Origin: an uncultured Gammaproteobacteria bacterium
GTDB taxonomy: Bacteria; Patescibacteriota; Microgenomatia; Levybacterales; UBA12049
NCBI GenBank assembly: GCA_965230895.1
Contig: OZ246394.1
Location: 633,316-697,315, forward strand
DNA length: 64,000 nucleotides
Reading direction: 5' to 3'
Below are positions 37,758 to 48,100 of this stretch, in pieces (position 1 is the stretch's first letter; each line of letters opens with the position of its first letter). The translations under genes were made by a program, and so were the position numbers. A model generated the notes under the pieces. That model worked only from the letters and a program-made list of their open reading frames with translations. It was not told the DNA's origin and did no database searches.

Positions 37758-38258
37758 ATGCAAAGAAAAATAGACATAGCTGAGAAAAATCTTAACAGAG
37801 TACATGAGTGGATAAGAGGCATTGACCAAAAAGTTAGTATTTTTCTTGCCTTACAAGGTGTAATTTTAACATTACTCTTCACCAAAATCTTATCTGCGGT
37901 AGTTGCAATCTTTACGACAACTGCTGTTTCTTTCTGGGATAGTCTATTTATTTTATGGGCGATCCTAGCCTTAGGGTTTGGAGTATTTGAGTCCCTCCTC
38001 GCAATTTTTCCCAGAATAAATAATAACGCAAAATCTCATCTTTATTTTGGGGGGATTAAGAATTTAACATTATCAGAATACAAAAATGGTATGAAAGATA
38101 TTACCGATGAAGACTATTTTGAGGAATTATGTGAACAGGTTCACAGAAACTCTGTAATCGCAGTTGCAAAGGCAGAACATTTTCAAAAGGCTATTATAAT
38201 TTTCTTATTAGGTATCGGATTGTTAATAGTAAGTTATATTTCTTTCAAATTTTTTTAA
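37758..38258 (+). CDS. Pycsar-type transmembrane effector (PycTM/DUF5706-like)
   Basis: EWIRGIDQK, TM pair, PR, LYFGGI, EQ..NS.IA..K, C-terminal TM; directly upstream of the cyclases. Confidence 0.82.
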   Translation: MQRKIDIAEKNLNRVHEWIRGIDQKVSIFLALQGVILTLLFTKILSAVVAIFTTTAVSFWDSLFILWAILALGFGVFESLLAIFPRINNNAKSHLYFGGIKNLTLSEYKNGMKDITDEDYFEELCEQVHRNSVIAVAKAEHFQKAIIIFLLGIGLLIVSYISFKFF

Positions 38259-38259
38259 T

Positions 38260-38982
38260 ATGCCAACAAATCAAAACTTAATTGATGATACAAACGATTT
38301 TTTCGAAGGAGACTATTCCATAACACAAGGTACAGCAGTGCCTGACACCGAAGACATCGCTTTAGGTAACGTGGGGCGTGAGATGGAGCTTGCTATGCTA
38401 TTTATTGATATAAAAGAGTCAACAAAAATAGTTAACAGTTTTCGTCGTCAAACTGCGGCAAAAATGTATAAATCTTTCCTTAGTGGTATAACCAGAATTG
38501 CTCGGTCAAATGGTGGTTATGTTAGGAGCTTCAATGGTGATGGCGTTCTCGTTGTTTTCGATGGTGGACACAAATGTAATCATGCGGTAAAAGCAGCTTT
38601 GCAAATGAAATATTTCTGTAAGGAAATCTTAAAGAAAAAAGTAGATGCATACTTGAAAGCGCACTCAATTGATGTTGATCTAAATTTTAGCTTCGGAATA
38701 GGAATTCACACAGGAAAAGTTCTAATTGTTCGTGGAGGAATAAGAGGAGACAAGAATAATGATCTTGTCTGGGTAGGAAACGCAACCAATTACGCTGTGA
38801 AACTTTCTAACTTAGCTACGACACTGCATAACATATATATTTCTTATGACGTTTATTCCTTGTTAGAAGATGCCCAAAAATATAATAATTCTACCGAAAA
38901 AGAGAATATGTGGACAAAGCTCGATCTCGATGCATACAGCTTTTATGTTTACAAAACCAGCTACCAGTGGGGGCTTGGATAA
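38260..38982 (+). CDS. Class III nucleotide cyclase 1 (PycC-like)
   Basis: LFIDIKEST, SFNGDG, GIGIHTG, DLVWVGNATNYAVKL, N-terminal VP motif. Confidence 0.88.
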   Translation: MPTNQNLIDDTNDFFEGDYSITQGTAVPDTEDIALGNVGREMELAMLFIDIKESTKIVNSFRRQTAAKMYKSFLSGITRIARSNGGYVRSFNGDGVLVVFDGGHKCNHAVKAALQMKYFCKEILKKKVDAYLKAHSIDVDLNFSFGIGIHTGKVLIVRGGIRGDKNNDLVWVGNATNYAVKLSNLATTLHNIYISYDVYSLLEDAQKYNNSTEKENMWTKLDLDAYSFYVYKTSYQWGLG

Positions 38983-38988
38983 ATAACT

Positions 38989-39735
38989 ATGTCTCGACAT
39001 GCAGAAATAACTCAAGATACAAATACAATTTTTGATACTACCTTTACTGTAACGAAAGGGTTAGTGGTTCCTACTGTTGCTGATCTTACTTTTGATAACG
39101 TAGCAAAAGACATTCCAGCTACTATGCTTTTTATTGATATTAAAGGCTCAACACATATCGTAAATGCTGTACAAAGAGCAACAGCCGCAAAAATGTATAA
39201 AGCATTTTTAAAAGGTGTGACAAAGGTTGCACGAGCCAATAGCGGCGATGTAAGAAGTTATAATGGAGATGGTGTCCTTGTAGTATTTGCAGGTGTAGGA
39301 AAGTCCAATAATGCAGTGAGAGCAGCAATGGAAATGAAATATTTTTTTCAGCAAATACTAACGCCGCGATTAAACAGATACAAGGTCAATAACCAACAGT
39401 TACAGAATATAAAATTTGATTTTGGAATAGGTCTAGATATAGGAGACATTTTGGTTATAAAAGCCGGGATTGGTGGAGAGAATAATAGAGATTTGGTATG
39501 GGTCGGTAGGGCTACCAATCATGCAGTAAAACTAGCTGAACAATCGAATGGAGAAAACCATATTCATATTTCGCAAGGAGTTTATCATGAACTTACAGTA
39601 GATAACTTGCGTTTTGTTAACAATAGAACATTTACAATACTGAAAACGCCAATTTGGACACAGACGCTTCCATTAATAACCGCTTTTTCATTAGGCAGCG
39701 TATATACAACAACTTATCATATCCCCTTAAAATAG
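38989..39735 (+). CDS. Class III nucleotide cyclase 2 (PycC-like paralog)
   Basis: LFIDIKGST, SYNGDG, GIGLDIG, DLVWVGRATNHAVKL. Confidence 0.88.
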   Translation: MSRHAEITQDTNTIFDTTFTVTKGLVVPTVADLTFDNVAKDIPATMLFIDIKGSTHIVNAVQRATAAKMYKAFLKGVTKVARANSGDVRSYNGDGVLVVFAGVGKSNNAVRAAMEMKYFFQQILTPRLNRYKVNNQQLQNIKFDFGIGLDIGDILVIKAGIGGENNRDLVWVGRATNHAVKLAEQSNGENHIHISQGVYHELTVDNLRFVNNRTFTILKTPIWTQTLPLITAFSLGSVYTTTYHIPLK

Positions 39736-39874
39736 AATTCACTTATCATAATTGGTACTGCTGCAATGGTTGATACACTCTGGAAAATAGGAGTCATAAG
39801 TGTTCCATTCTGAGCGGAATGTATTCCCATGATACGATTTATGGACCTGTCCGAATGGATATTGTTTGCAGTTC

Positions 39875-40882
39875 TTAATCTATAATTGCTTTGATTTCTG
39901 TATTCCCATTCGTATCTTTCTTTATTCTTATACTTATTCTTTCATCATTACCTATGGACCTTTTGAAAGCCTCTATGCCCTTTTCAATCACTTGATCGGT
40001 AGGTAATGCTCTTTTTATGAGTGGAGAGTCGTTCACGGTCTCTACAAGGTCATCCAGCACATAGTCACTATAGTATTTATCTGTGATAGTTACACTTGAG
40101 TGTCTTAAAGTCCGAGATACAAGCTGCAAAGGATTACGCCTTCTCAATCGGGAAAGGCTATAAATATCACGCAGCTTATGGCAGGTTAATTTAGAAGGAA
40201 TTCCTAATTTTCTTCTACCATCAGCCAAATTTTTGTTGCATGTCTTCTCGGTAGTATTGAAAACTCGTTTGGATTTAACACGAGCACGCATTTCTTCAAT
40301 CATATCTTCGGGAATTGGGAGAGGAGTAATTTTACCGCCTTTGGATCGGACGAAGAATTGAGGTTGGTCATCAAAAGGAGAAAGATCTGCTCCTTTTAAA
40401 CCAATTGCTTCAGATATACGTAATCCTGTACGCAATATGAACTGCAAACAAAGCCTTGTCTCACCTTTAATTTTTATGCTTCTTGATCTGTCACCCGGAC
40501 CAGGAGTTGTTCCTGCAATAATACACTTTTCAGCTTCTAATTCACTAGGTAATATGAGAGGATCACGTACGACTTTTGGTTTAACTAATTTCTGCGCAAA
40601 ATTAGTTTCAATATATTCCCGATCATAAAGGAAAGCAACAAATGCACGAAGGCTTTTTATTATACTTACTTTACTACTTGGCTTATTCCAGCCATTACGG
40701 TACATAAAAAGTGAATACTGACGACAGGTTTCGAATGTAAGTGGTCTACCATCAAGAAATGGTATGAGTTTATGAAGGATATCTCTTTTGTTTCGGACAG
40801 TTTTGGGATTTAGTCCCTTTTCTGCGGAATAATTGATGATGTAATCATCGTATGCTTGTTGTAACTTTTGACCTTGCAACAT
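39875..40882 (-). CDS. Tyrosine recombinase/integrase (likely start MLQGQKL at 40882)
   Basis: TGLRISE, SKGGK, HKLR, LRHSS and KYY catalytic residues; next to tRNA-Gly. Confidence 0.92.
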   Translation of the reverse strand: MLQGQKLQQAYDDYIINYSAEKGLNPKTVRNKRDILHKLIPFLDGRPLTFETCRQYSLFMYRNGWNKPSSKVSIIKSLRAFVAFLYDREYIETNFAQKLVKPKVVRDPLILPSELEAEKCIIAGTTPGPGDRSRSIKIKGETRLCLQFILRTGLRISEAIGLKGADLSPFDDQPQFFVRSKGGKITPLPIPEDMIEEMRARVKSKRVFNTTEKTCNKNLADGRRKLGIPSKLTCHKLRDIYSLSRLRRRNPLQLVSRTLRHSSVTITDKYYSDYVLDDLVETVNDSPLIKRALPTDQVIEKGIEAFKRSIGNDERISIRIKKDTNGNTEIKAIID

Positions 40883-40990
40883 AAGAAATCCTTTTGATTT
40901 CTTATGCGCGGAGTATTGTTCTCGCACTACCTGTCAATTCAGGCTACATAAGTGTATATCCTATTTACTCTAAATAATTAATTTAGTTTG

Positions 40991-41062
40991 AGCGGGCGAT
41001 GGGAGTCGGACCCACTGCCTTCTCCTTGGGAAGGAGACATTCTACCGGTGAACTACGCCCGC
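40991..41062 (-). tRNA. tRNA-Gly(CCC), island integration site; CCA not encoded
   Basis: GCGGGCG/CGCCCGC acceptor stem, TCTCC-TTCCCAA-GGAGA anticodon arm, GGGTCCGACTCCC T-arm. Confidence 0.92.
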
Positions 41063-41161
41063 AAAGTACAATGGTAGACCTGTTGTTCTACCGTCAAACT
41101 TCAACCGTGAACTACGGCAATAATATCATGCATTTGGGAAAAATTCACTTAGAAGTTTTAC

Positions 41162-42010
41162 TTATTTAGTACGAGGGATCTTGAGTTTATTTCCTGAATG
41201 GATAAGACTTGGATTTACTAGTTTATTTGCTCTTGCAATATCAACCCATTTATAACCATTCCCATAAGCTCGTACAGAGATAGTCCACAGGGAATCACCT
41301 TTTACAACTTGATATGTATCTGTTGTAATCTTTGAGCCAACGATCGAAGGTGATGTATTTTTTTGTTCTTTTTGTGCTACTTCAGTTTTCGTTTCTTTAA
41401 CTGTTTGTGTTTTTGCAGTTACCTTTGGTAATTTCAATTTATTACCCACATTGATCTGACCAGGATTGGATAAATTATTTGCACGAGCAATATCAACCCA
41501 ATTATATCCACTCTTATATTGCTTCTCAGCAATTGTCCAAAGACTATCACCTGATTTTACGACATATTCACCTGCTGTTGGAGCGGAGATCTTTGTTTCT
41601 TCTTTAACTGGTGCTTTTGTTGGAGCGACTGTTGGTTTCTGTGTTGGTTGAGCTGTAGGCTTTGCAGTTGGCTTGGTTGTTGGTTTCGCTGATGGAACTG
41701 GCGTTGGAGCAGATGTGACAGTTGCACTGATCTCTGAGTTTGCATTATCCCGAGGAGAAACTGTAAGTTGTAATGCCTTTTGAGAAATTTGAGCAATACT
41801 TTGTGATTCTTGCGTGACTGGGTTTGTTGGAGCAGAATTTCTATTGTGAACAAATGAGAGAAGCAATGCAGTAGCAATAATAACCACAACAATACCGAGA
41901 ACCAAACTTGTATATGATTCTCCAAAACGAAGGTAATCGAAGAATGTACTTGGAGCTTTAGACTCTTCGTTTGATGGTACTTCTTCTACTTGAATTACTT
42001 TTTTTGGCAT
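41162..42010 (-). CDS. Membrane-anchored protein with two LysM domains
   Basis: TM helix, P/T-rich linker, YVVKSGDSLWTIA and YQVVKGDSLWTIS. Confidence 0.92.
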   Translation of the reverse strand: MPKKVIQVEEVPSNEESKAPSTFFDYLRFGESYTSLVLGIVVVIIATALLLSFVHNRNSAPTNPVTQESQSIAQISQKALQLTVSPRDNANSEISATVTSAPTPVPSAKPTTKPTAKPTAQPTQKPTVAPTKAPVKEETKISAPTAGEYVVKSGDSLWTIAEKQYKSGYNWVDIARANNLSNPGQINVGNKLKLPKVTAKTQTVKETKTEVAQKEQKNTSPSIVGSKITTDTYQVVKGDSLWTISVRAYGNGYKWVDIARANKLVNPSLIHSGNKLKIPRTK

Positions 42011-42107
42011 AACTTTAAGAGGCAGAAAACTACTTTGGGAGAAGTAAAGGCAGTATACATCAACTTCTAGAGCATTTCAACTTATAATATTACTAGAAGT
42101 GATACTT

Positions 42108-42142
42108 GCGGGCCGCTGATGGCGAGCCTCGCCTTTGGCGGG
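42108..42142. repeat. Second miniature GCGAGCCTCGC element at the tRNA-Asp 3' end
   Basis: GCGGG-ccgctgatgGCGAGCCTCGCctttg-GCGGG. Confidence 0.5.
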
Positions 42143-42212
42143 ATGGACGGGACTCGAACCCGCGACCTCCTCCGTGACAGGGAGGCGCTCTAACCAACTG
42201 AGCTACCACCCC
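42136..42212 (-). tRNA. tRNA-Asp(GTC)
   Basis: GGGGTGG/CCATCCC acceptor stem, CCTCC-CTGTCAC-GGAGG anticodon arm, GGTTCGAGTCC, encoded CCA. Confidence 0.95.
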
Positions 42213-42307
42213 AAATATTATTTGGGTACTAAAAACTCATGTTTTTAGCAGTCGATACATTTTATCCTAATCTTGCACCCCCGTCAATCCTTTGCTACAC
42301 TGCATTT

Positions 42308-44089
42308 GTGACAAATTTAGAGATCAGTAAAATCCTCAAAAACGTTGCTGCCGCATATAGTATTCAGGATGAAAAAAAATACCGCTTTCAAATTCTTGCT
42401 TATCAAAAAGCCTCAGAATCGATAGAACAAAGTCCAACTGAACTTCGCGAACTTTACAAGGACGGAAAACTTTCAGAAGTTCCTGGAGTTGGAGCGACCT
42501 TGAAATCTCGGCTTGAAGAACTCCTTAGTACGGGAAAAGTTGCGCACTTTGAAGAAGTATTTAAACCTATCTCACCTGCTGTATTCCCACTTCTTGATAT
42601 CCCAAGTTTTGGACCAAAGAAAGCATATCGCTTGGTTTCTGAATTTAAACTGCAAGATCCAGAAACTGTCATCCAGGATGTCGTTGGGATAGCTCAGGCT
42701 GGAAAGATTGCAGATTTACCAGGCTTTGGCGAGAAGTCTCAATCAGATATCTTGAGAGCAATTGAAGAATATGGTCGAGGGAAAACAAAAACAGCAAGAA
42801 TGGTTCTTCCCTATGCAATGGAACTTGCGCGGAAAATGATTGCATACTTAAAAGAATCAGATGCTGTAGTTGATGCATCTACCCTTGGAAGCTTGCGCCG
42901 CCGAAGAGATACGATCGGAGATATTGATATCGCTGTATCAACAAATGATCCTGTGGCAGTGCTTGATCATTTTACTGCATACCCACACAAAGAACGAATT
43001 ATCGAACGCGGTGAAAGAACTTCTTCTATTATTGTTTCTTCAGGAAAGCAAATTGACCTTATGGTTGAGTCACCAAAAGGATTTGGAGCACTTCTCCAAC
43101 ACTTTACAGGAAGTAAGGCACACAATGTCCATTTACGTGAATATGCACTCTCAAAAGGGCTCTCATTGTCTGATTACGGTATTCGACCAAGAGGTTCAGA
43201 TGGGGAATATACACTTTACGATACTGAAGAGAGTTTTTATAAGGCAATTGGACTGCAATGGGTTCCGCCTGAAATGCGTGAGAATACCGGAGAGATTGAA
43301 CTTGCTCTGCAGAATAAATTACCGAAGATCCTCGAACTTTCTGACATGAAAGGTGATTTCCATTTGCATTCCAGCTACGATCTCGAACCAAGTCACGATA
43401 TGGGAAGAAACTCCATGGATGAGATGATTAAGCGCTCACTAGAACTCGGATATAAGTATCTCGGCTTTTCTGAACATAACCCAAGTATTTCAAAACATAC
43501 GCAGAAACAAGTCTATGACATTTTGCTTAAACGGAAAGAGTTTATTGAGAAATTAGATGCTAAGTATAAAAAAGATATTCGAGTATTTTCATTACTCGAA
43601 ACTGACATTCTTCCAAATGGTTCGCTTGCGATTGAAGACGATGCTTTGCAGTTGTTAGATGGATCTATTGTTTCTGTCCATAGTGCATTTAGTATGGATG
43701 TCGATCGGATGACTGAAAGAGTTTTAAAGGGATTATCACATCCAAAAGCAAGAATCCTGGCGCATCCAACGGGAAGACTTTTGAACGAACGTCCTTCTTA
43801 TGAACTTCATTGGGATCAAATCTTTGACTTTTGTGTGAAGAATAATAAAGCGCTTGAAATTAATGCCTCGCCATCAAGATTGGATTTGCCTGATATTTTG
43901 GTTCGAGATGCTATTAAAAAAGGAGTCAAACTATTTATCGATACAGATAGTCATGCTGTTGACCAAATGGATCTCATGGAATATGGCGTAACTGTAGCTA
44001 GACGAGGTTGGGCAACACAGGATGACATTTTGAATGCATTACCATATAATGAACTTGACCGCTGGTTTAAAGGGGGTGATTCGAAATGA
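42308..44089 (+). CDS. polX: DNA polymerase X family with PHP domain
   Basis: HhH motifs, [24 protein letters not shown] motifs DFHLHS, SEHN and DSH; GTG start inferred. Confidence 0.93.
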   Translation: MTNLEISKILKNVAAAYSIQDEKKYRFQILAYQKASESIEQSPTELRELYKDGKLSEVPGVGATLKSRLEELLSTGKVAHFEEVFKPISPAVFPLLDIPSFGPKKAYRLVSEFKLQDPETVIQDVVGIAQAGKIADLPGFGEKSQSDILRAIEEYGRGKTKTARMVLPYAMELARKMIAYLKESDAVVDASTLGSLRRRRDTIGDIDIAVSTNDPVAVLDHFTAYPHKERIIERGERTSSIIVSSGKQIDLMVESPKGFGALLQHFTGSKAHNVHLREYALSKGLSLSDYGIRPRGSDGEYTLYDTEESFYKAIGLQWVPPEMRENTGEIELALQNKLPKILELSDMKGDFHLHSSYDLEPSHDMGRNSMDEMIKRSLELGYKYLGFSEHNPSISKHTQKQVYDILLKRKEFIEKLDAKYKKDIRVFSLLETDILPNGSLAIEDDALQLLDGSIVSVHSAFSMDVDRMTERVLKGLSHPKARILAHPTGRLLNERPSYELHWDQIFDFCVKNNKALEINASPSRLDLPDILVRDAIKKGVKLFIDTDSHAVDQMDLMEYGVTVARRGWATQDDILNALPYNELDRWFKGGDSK

Positions 44090-44637
44090 ATTCTACATTT
44101 ATCGTAATTGGAGTTGTCGCTGCATTAGTCATTTACGCTTGGTATGTCTACAATATGCTTGTCACCGCAAGAATGCGTATCCAAGAGGCACTTTCTCAAA
44201 TTGATGTGCAACTAAAGCGACGTACAGATTTGATCCCGAACCTTGTTGAAACGGTAAAAGGATATGCAAAGCACGAAAAAGGTGTTTTGGAAAACGTAAC
44301 TAAGGCTCGTGCAGACTTAATGAAAGCTGATTCTATTCAAGAGAAGGCAGCTGCAAATAATGTCCTTTCAGATACATTGAAGTCTCTTTTTGCAGTCTCA
44401 GAAAACTATCCTGACCTTAAAGCAAGTGCAAACTTCTTGAGTCTCCAGGAGGAACTTTCAGATACTGAGAACAAGATTGCGTATTCAAGACAATTCTTAA
44501 ATAGTAATGTTTTGGATTACAATACAAAGATTCAACTCTTCCCTAATTCAATAATCGCAAGTATTTTCAAATTTAAGGAAGCTGAATTCTTCGCTGCTGA
44601 CGAAGCAGACAAGAAGCCTGTTAAGGTTGAATTTTAA
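44086..44637 (+). CDS. lemA: LemA family protein
   Basis: [34 protein letters not shown]. Confidence 0.95.
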   Translation: MNSTFIVIGVVAALVIYAWYVYNMLVTARMRIQEALSQIDVQLKRRTDLIPNLVETVKGYAKHEKGVLENVTKARADLMKADSIQEKAAANNVLSDTLKSLFAVSENYPDLKASANFLSLQEELSDTENKIAYSRQFLNSNVLDYNTKIQLFPNSIIASIFKFKEAEFFAADEADKKPVKVEF

Positions 44638-44664
44638 GATTAAAGAAGAAAATAAGAATACATT

Positions 44665-44693
44665 AATTTTCTCGAGCAATCGGGAAAATTTTT
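44665..44693 (+). terminator. GCAA-tetraloop hairpin plus T-run after lemA
   Basis: AATTTTCTCGA-GCAA-TCGGGAAAATT-TTT. Confidence 0.5.
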
Positions 44694-44707
44694 GTATGTA
44701 ATGTACT

Positions 44708-45604
44708 ATGAATATTTATTCAGCGATATCATCAAACATTTGGAAAAGCTATTTGATACTTTTCCTTTTTATTATTTTTGCAGGAACCGTTGCATATATC
44801 ATTGGCAGAGCTACTGATTATGGACCAGGACTTGGAGTAGTAATTTTTATTATTTCAATTTTTTACAGCTTCTATAGTTATTTTAATTCAGACAAAATAG
44901 TCTTAGCTACATCTGGTGCCAAAGAAATTCATGAAAAAAATCATCCACAACTCTTCCATCTTGTAGAAAATCTTTCTATTGCGAGCGGCACACCAATGCC
45001 AAAAGTCTACATCATTGAAGATGCCTCACCAAATGCCTTTGCCACAGGACGAGATCCCAAACACGCAGCAGTTGCGGTAACAACTGGGATACTTGAACGA
45101 CTTAGTAAATCAGAACTTGAGGGAGTTCTCGCGCATGAATTGTCCCATGTCAGAAATTACGACACGAGACTGTTGGCAATTACTGCCGTTCTTGTTGGCT
45201 TTATTGCATTAATTACTGATATCTTTATGCGTCATGTTTGGTGGAGTGGGATCGGAGGTCGAGATAGAGATAGCCGTGGACAAGCTATATTCTTTGTCAT
45301 TGCTATAGTTTTGGCGATCTTGGCTCCTATCATTGCAAGTCTTATCCAACTCGCAATTTCCCGAAAACGAGAGTTCCTTGCTGACGCATCGGGAGCTCTT
45401 CTCACAAGATACCCCGAAGGACTTGCAAGTGCTTTGGAAAAAATATCATCAGATCCGAAACCATTGAAAACAGCGACAAATGCCACTGCACATCTGTTCA
45501 TTGTAAATCCTTTCAAAGGGAAAGGTTTTGCTGGTTGGCTATCAGGATTATTTAGTACACACCCTCCGATTGAAGAACGTGTAAAGATTCTTCGTTCAAT
45601 GTAG
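44708..45604 (+). CDS. htpX: Zinc metalloprotease HtpX (M48)
   Basis: PNAFATG, LAHELSH, SRKREFLAD, THPP. Confidence 0.93.
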   Translation: MNIYSAISSNIWKSYLILFLFIIFAGTVAYIIGRATDYGPGLGVVIFIISIFYSFYSYFNSDKIVLATSGAKEIHEKNHPQLFHLVENLSIASGTPMPKVYIIEDASPNAFATGRDPKHAAVAVTTGILERLSKSELEGVLAHELSHVRNYDTRLLAITAVLVGFIALITDIFMRHVWWSGIGGRDRDSRGQAIFFVIAIVLAILAPIIASLIQLAISRKREFLADASGALLTRYPEGLASALEKISSDPKPLKTATNATAHLFIVNPFKGKGFAGWLSGLFSTHPPIEERVKILRSM

Positions 45605-45616
45605 TAAAATAAGTTC

Positions 45617-46903
45617 ATGACGCTTCCCTTAACTATTATTGGAAAAACTATTTCTCAAATCAGTAAATCATTAAACAGAGGTAACGGCTCGACATGGCCG
45701 GGACACATCGCTTTAAAAGGAAACAAAAATTTTATAAAAGACTTCCTGAAAAATTCGCCAATGAAAACAATCATTGTTGCTGGAACGAATGGAAAAACAA
45801 CTACTTCTTCTCTCTTGAAAAGTGCACTCGAAAACCAAGGCTTTAAAGTTTTGCAAAATGAATCAGGAGCGAACTTGCTCAATGGCGTCGCCTCCACGCT
45901 TATTTTAAATACAAATGCTTCAGGTAAACTTACTCATGATTACGCAATTTTTGAAGTCGATGAAAATGCTTTACCGCAAGTTTTGAAACAAGTAACTCCT
46001 GATTATTTACTTCTTTTAAACTTATTCCGTGATCAATTAGATCGATATGGCGAGATCCATACAATTGCTAAAAAATGGAAAGAATCAATTGAGACATTAC
46101 CTGCAACGACAAAATTAATTCTGAATGGCGATGATTCTCAAATTGCATATTTAGGCTTCACTGAGGATAAACTTTTGGCAAAATCGAGATACTATTTTGG
46201 GTTAAAAGGATCTAAAGACAAACAACAACAAGCGGCAGATTCTATATTTTGTCCTCGTTGTGGTAATAATTTAACCTTTGAGGAAATTGTTTTCTCCCAC
46301 CTCGGGAAATGGTCTTGCTCCAAATGTGGATTGAAACGCCCAACAATAAGCCAGAATACCTTCACAACATATCCCCTCTCGGGAACATATAACCAATACA
46401 ACATGCATGCTGTTGTATTGACTCTTCGGGAAATAGGAATGGAAGAAAAAGCAATTGCTGCTGCGCTTAAAGATTTTAAACCAGCGTTTGGGAGACAAGA
46501 GACGATACAGTATAAAAATAAGAATGTGCAATTATTTTTATCAAAAAATCCGACAAGTTTCAATCAATCTTTTGCGACTATCAAAGAACTAAAGGCATCA
46601 ACACTTTTACTTGTTCTTAACGATAGAATTCCTGATGGACGAGACGTTTCATGGATTTGGGATACTGATCTTTCGGGAATTGGAGACTTCAAGCATATAC
46701 TTGTAGCTGGCGATAGAGTTTATGATATGGCATTACGAGTTAAATACGAAAATTATGCGAATGTACAAACTTTTGAAAATTTGCACGAAGCAATAGCCAC
46801 AGGAATTGAGCTAACGAAAAATACTGAAACGTTCTTTATCCTCCCTACCTACTCTGCTATGCTGGATTCGCGAAAAATACTGACAGGAAAGAAAATTTTA
46901 TGA
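45617..46903 (+). CDS. murT: Lipid II isoglutaminyl synthase subunit MurT (Mur ligase + DUF1727)
   Basis: GTNGKTTT, GANL, EVDE, NLFRDQLDRYGE, CxxC..CxxC, KNP, DGRDVSWIWD, PTYSAML. Confidence 0.9.
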   Translation: MTLPLTIIGKTISQISKSLNRGNGSTWPGHIALKGNKNFIKDFLKNSPMKTIIVAGTNGKTTTSSLLKSALENQGFKVLQNESGANLLNGVASTLILNTNASGKLTHDYAIFEVDENALPQVLKQVTPDYLLLLNLFRDQLDRYGEIHTIAKKWKESIETLPATTKLILNGDDSQIAYLGFTEDKLLAKSRYYFGLKGSKDKQQQAADSIFCPRCGNNLTFEEIVFSHLGKWSCSKCGLKRPTISQNTFTTYPLSGTYNQYNMHAVVLTLREIGMEEKAIAAALKDFKPAFGRQETIQYKNKNVQLFLSKNPTSFNQSFATIKELKASTLLLVLNDRIPDGRDVSWIWDTDLSGIGDFKHILVAGDRVYDMALRVKYENYANVQTFENLHEAIATGIELTKNTETFFILPTYSAMLDSRKILTGKKIL

Positions 46904-47451
46904 AACCAATTACATTTATCACCAGTAACGAGAACAAACTGAAACAAGTAAAAATTCATCTGAGCTATCCTGTGGAACATATTTCACTTGAATTAGATGA
47001 AATACAAAGTTTGGATCCTTACAAGATCGCAGAACATAAAGCAAAAGAAGCATATAAGAAGATTAATAAACCAGTATTAATTGAAGATACTTCATTAATC
47101 TTTAATGCCCTTGGAAAACTACCTGGACCCTTTATAAAGTTCTTTACTGACGGATTAGGACTCGAAGGTTTATGTCGAGTCCTCGATAGTTATGACGACA
47201 GATCAGCTCTTGCATGGATTATATTTGCATATTACGATGGACACGATCTGCACATCTTTGACGCTAAGCAAAAAGGAACAATCACTGAGCATCCAAGAGG
47301 TGAAAATGGGTTTGGATGGAACCCGGTTTTTGTACCCAATGGAGGAACAAAGACCTATGCAGAAATGACTGATGAAGAGAAGAAAGAGACTTCTCTGAGA
47401 AGAAAAGCATTGATCAAATTTGAACAATATTTAACAGAACATGAACAATAA
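46900..47451 (+). CDS. Non-canonical purine NTP pyrophosphatase (HAM1/RdgB family)
   Basis: TSNENK, EIQ, IEDTSL, LPGPFIK, GFGWNPVF. Confidence 0.9.
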   Translation: MKPITFITSNENKLKQVKIHLSYPVEHISLELDEIQSLDPYKIAEHKAKEAYKKINKPVLIEDTSLIFNALGKLPGPFIKFFTDGLGLEGLCRVLDSYDDRSALAWIIFAYYDGHDLHIFDAKQKGTITEHPRGENGFGWNPVFVPNGGTKTYAEMTDEEKKETSLRRKALIKFEQYLTEHEQ

Positions 47452-48100
47452 AGAAGTTATAAATAATCTCTTTGCATTTTACATAATGGCTGAAAAACTG
47501 AAGACAGTACATCGGCATTCCTTTACGAGTAACACTGATCGGATAGAATCAACTGCTGAGCATTCTTGGATGGTTTGTCTTATTGCGATGACCTTATTTG
47601 AACATATAAGTTTAAAGGTTGATCAGTTGAAAGTATTAAAAATGCTTGTGATTCATGATCTGGCTGAGGCAATTACAGGTGACATCCCTGGTTTTGATGC
47701 GAAAGGACGAATAGGAAAATATGAGCGAGAAAAGAAGGCTCTTGAAGAGTTACTTACTCCCCTTCCTGAAAGTACGCAAAGAGAATTTTTCGAGCTTTGG
47801 GAAGAGCATGAAGAGAATGAGACAAATGAAGCAAAAGTTGCTCAAGCAATTGACAAATTCGAGGCTCCACTACAACACAATATCTTTGGCCCAGAAAAAT
47901 GGGATCAAGGTGATTTCGATTTTCATGGTGGCTATAAAATGGAATTCCACCAGTTTGAGCCGTTTATAAAAGAACTCCGTGATGAATTGGAAGAGATGTC
48001 TCGCAAGAAGATAACAAAAGCGAATCTTGTCCATCGACTTCCGGAACGCATACAACAACAATATAAAGCAATGGAGGAAAGTGATGAAAAGAACAGATAA
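47441..48100 (+). CDS. HD-domain 5'-deoxynucleotidase-like protein
   Basis: ESTAEHSW, IHDLAEAITGD, AIDKFE. Confidence 0.88.
   Translation: MNNKEVINNLFAFYIMAEKLKTVHRHSFTSNTDRIESTAEHSWMVCLIAMTLFEHISLKVDQLKVLKMLVIHDLAEAITGDIPGFDAKGRIGKYEREKKALEELLTPLPESTQREFFELWEEHEENETNEAKVAQAIDKFEAPLQHNIFGPEKWDQGDFDFHGGYKMEFHQFEPFIKELRDELEEMSRKKITKANLVHRLPERIQQQYKAMEESDEKNR

Larger units (their letters stand above)
22512..40987. mobile_element. Island A: tRNA-Gly-integrated element (~18.5 kb) with integrase, phage remnants, defence and metabolic cargo
   Basis: 41-bp direct repeats at both ends and a tyrosine integrase next to the tRNA. Confidence 0.88.

Noticed and set aside
41083-41118. Degenerate echoes of the tRNA-Gly D-arm upstream of the gene
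   Set aside because: Too short and too degenerate to support a split or permuted tRNA.
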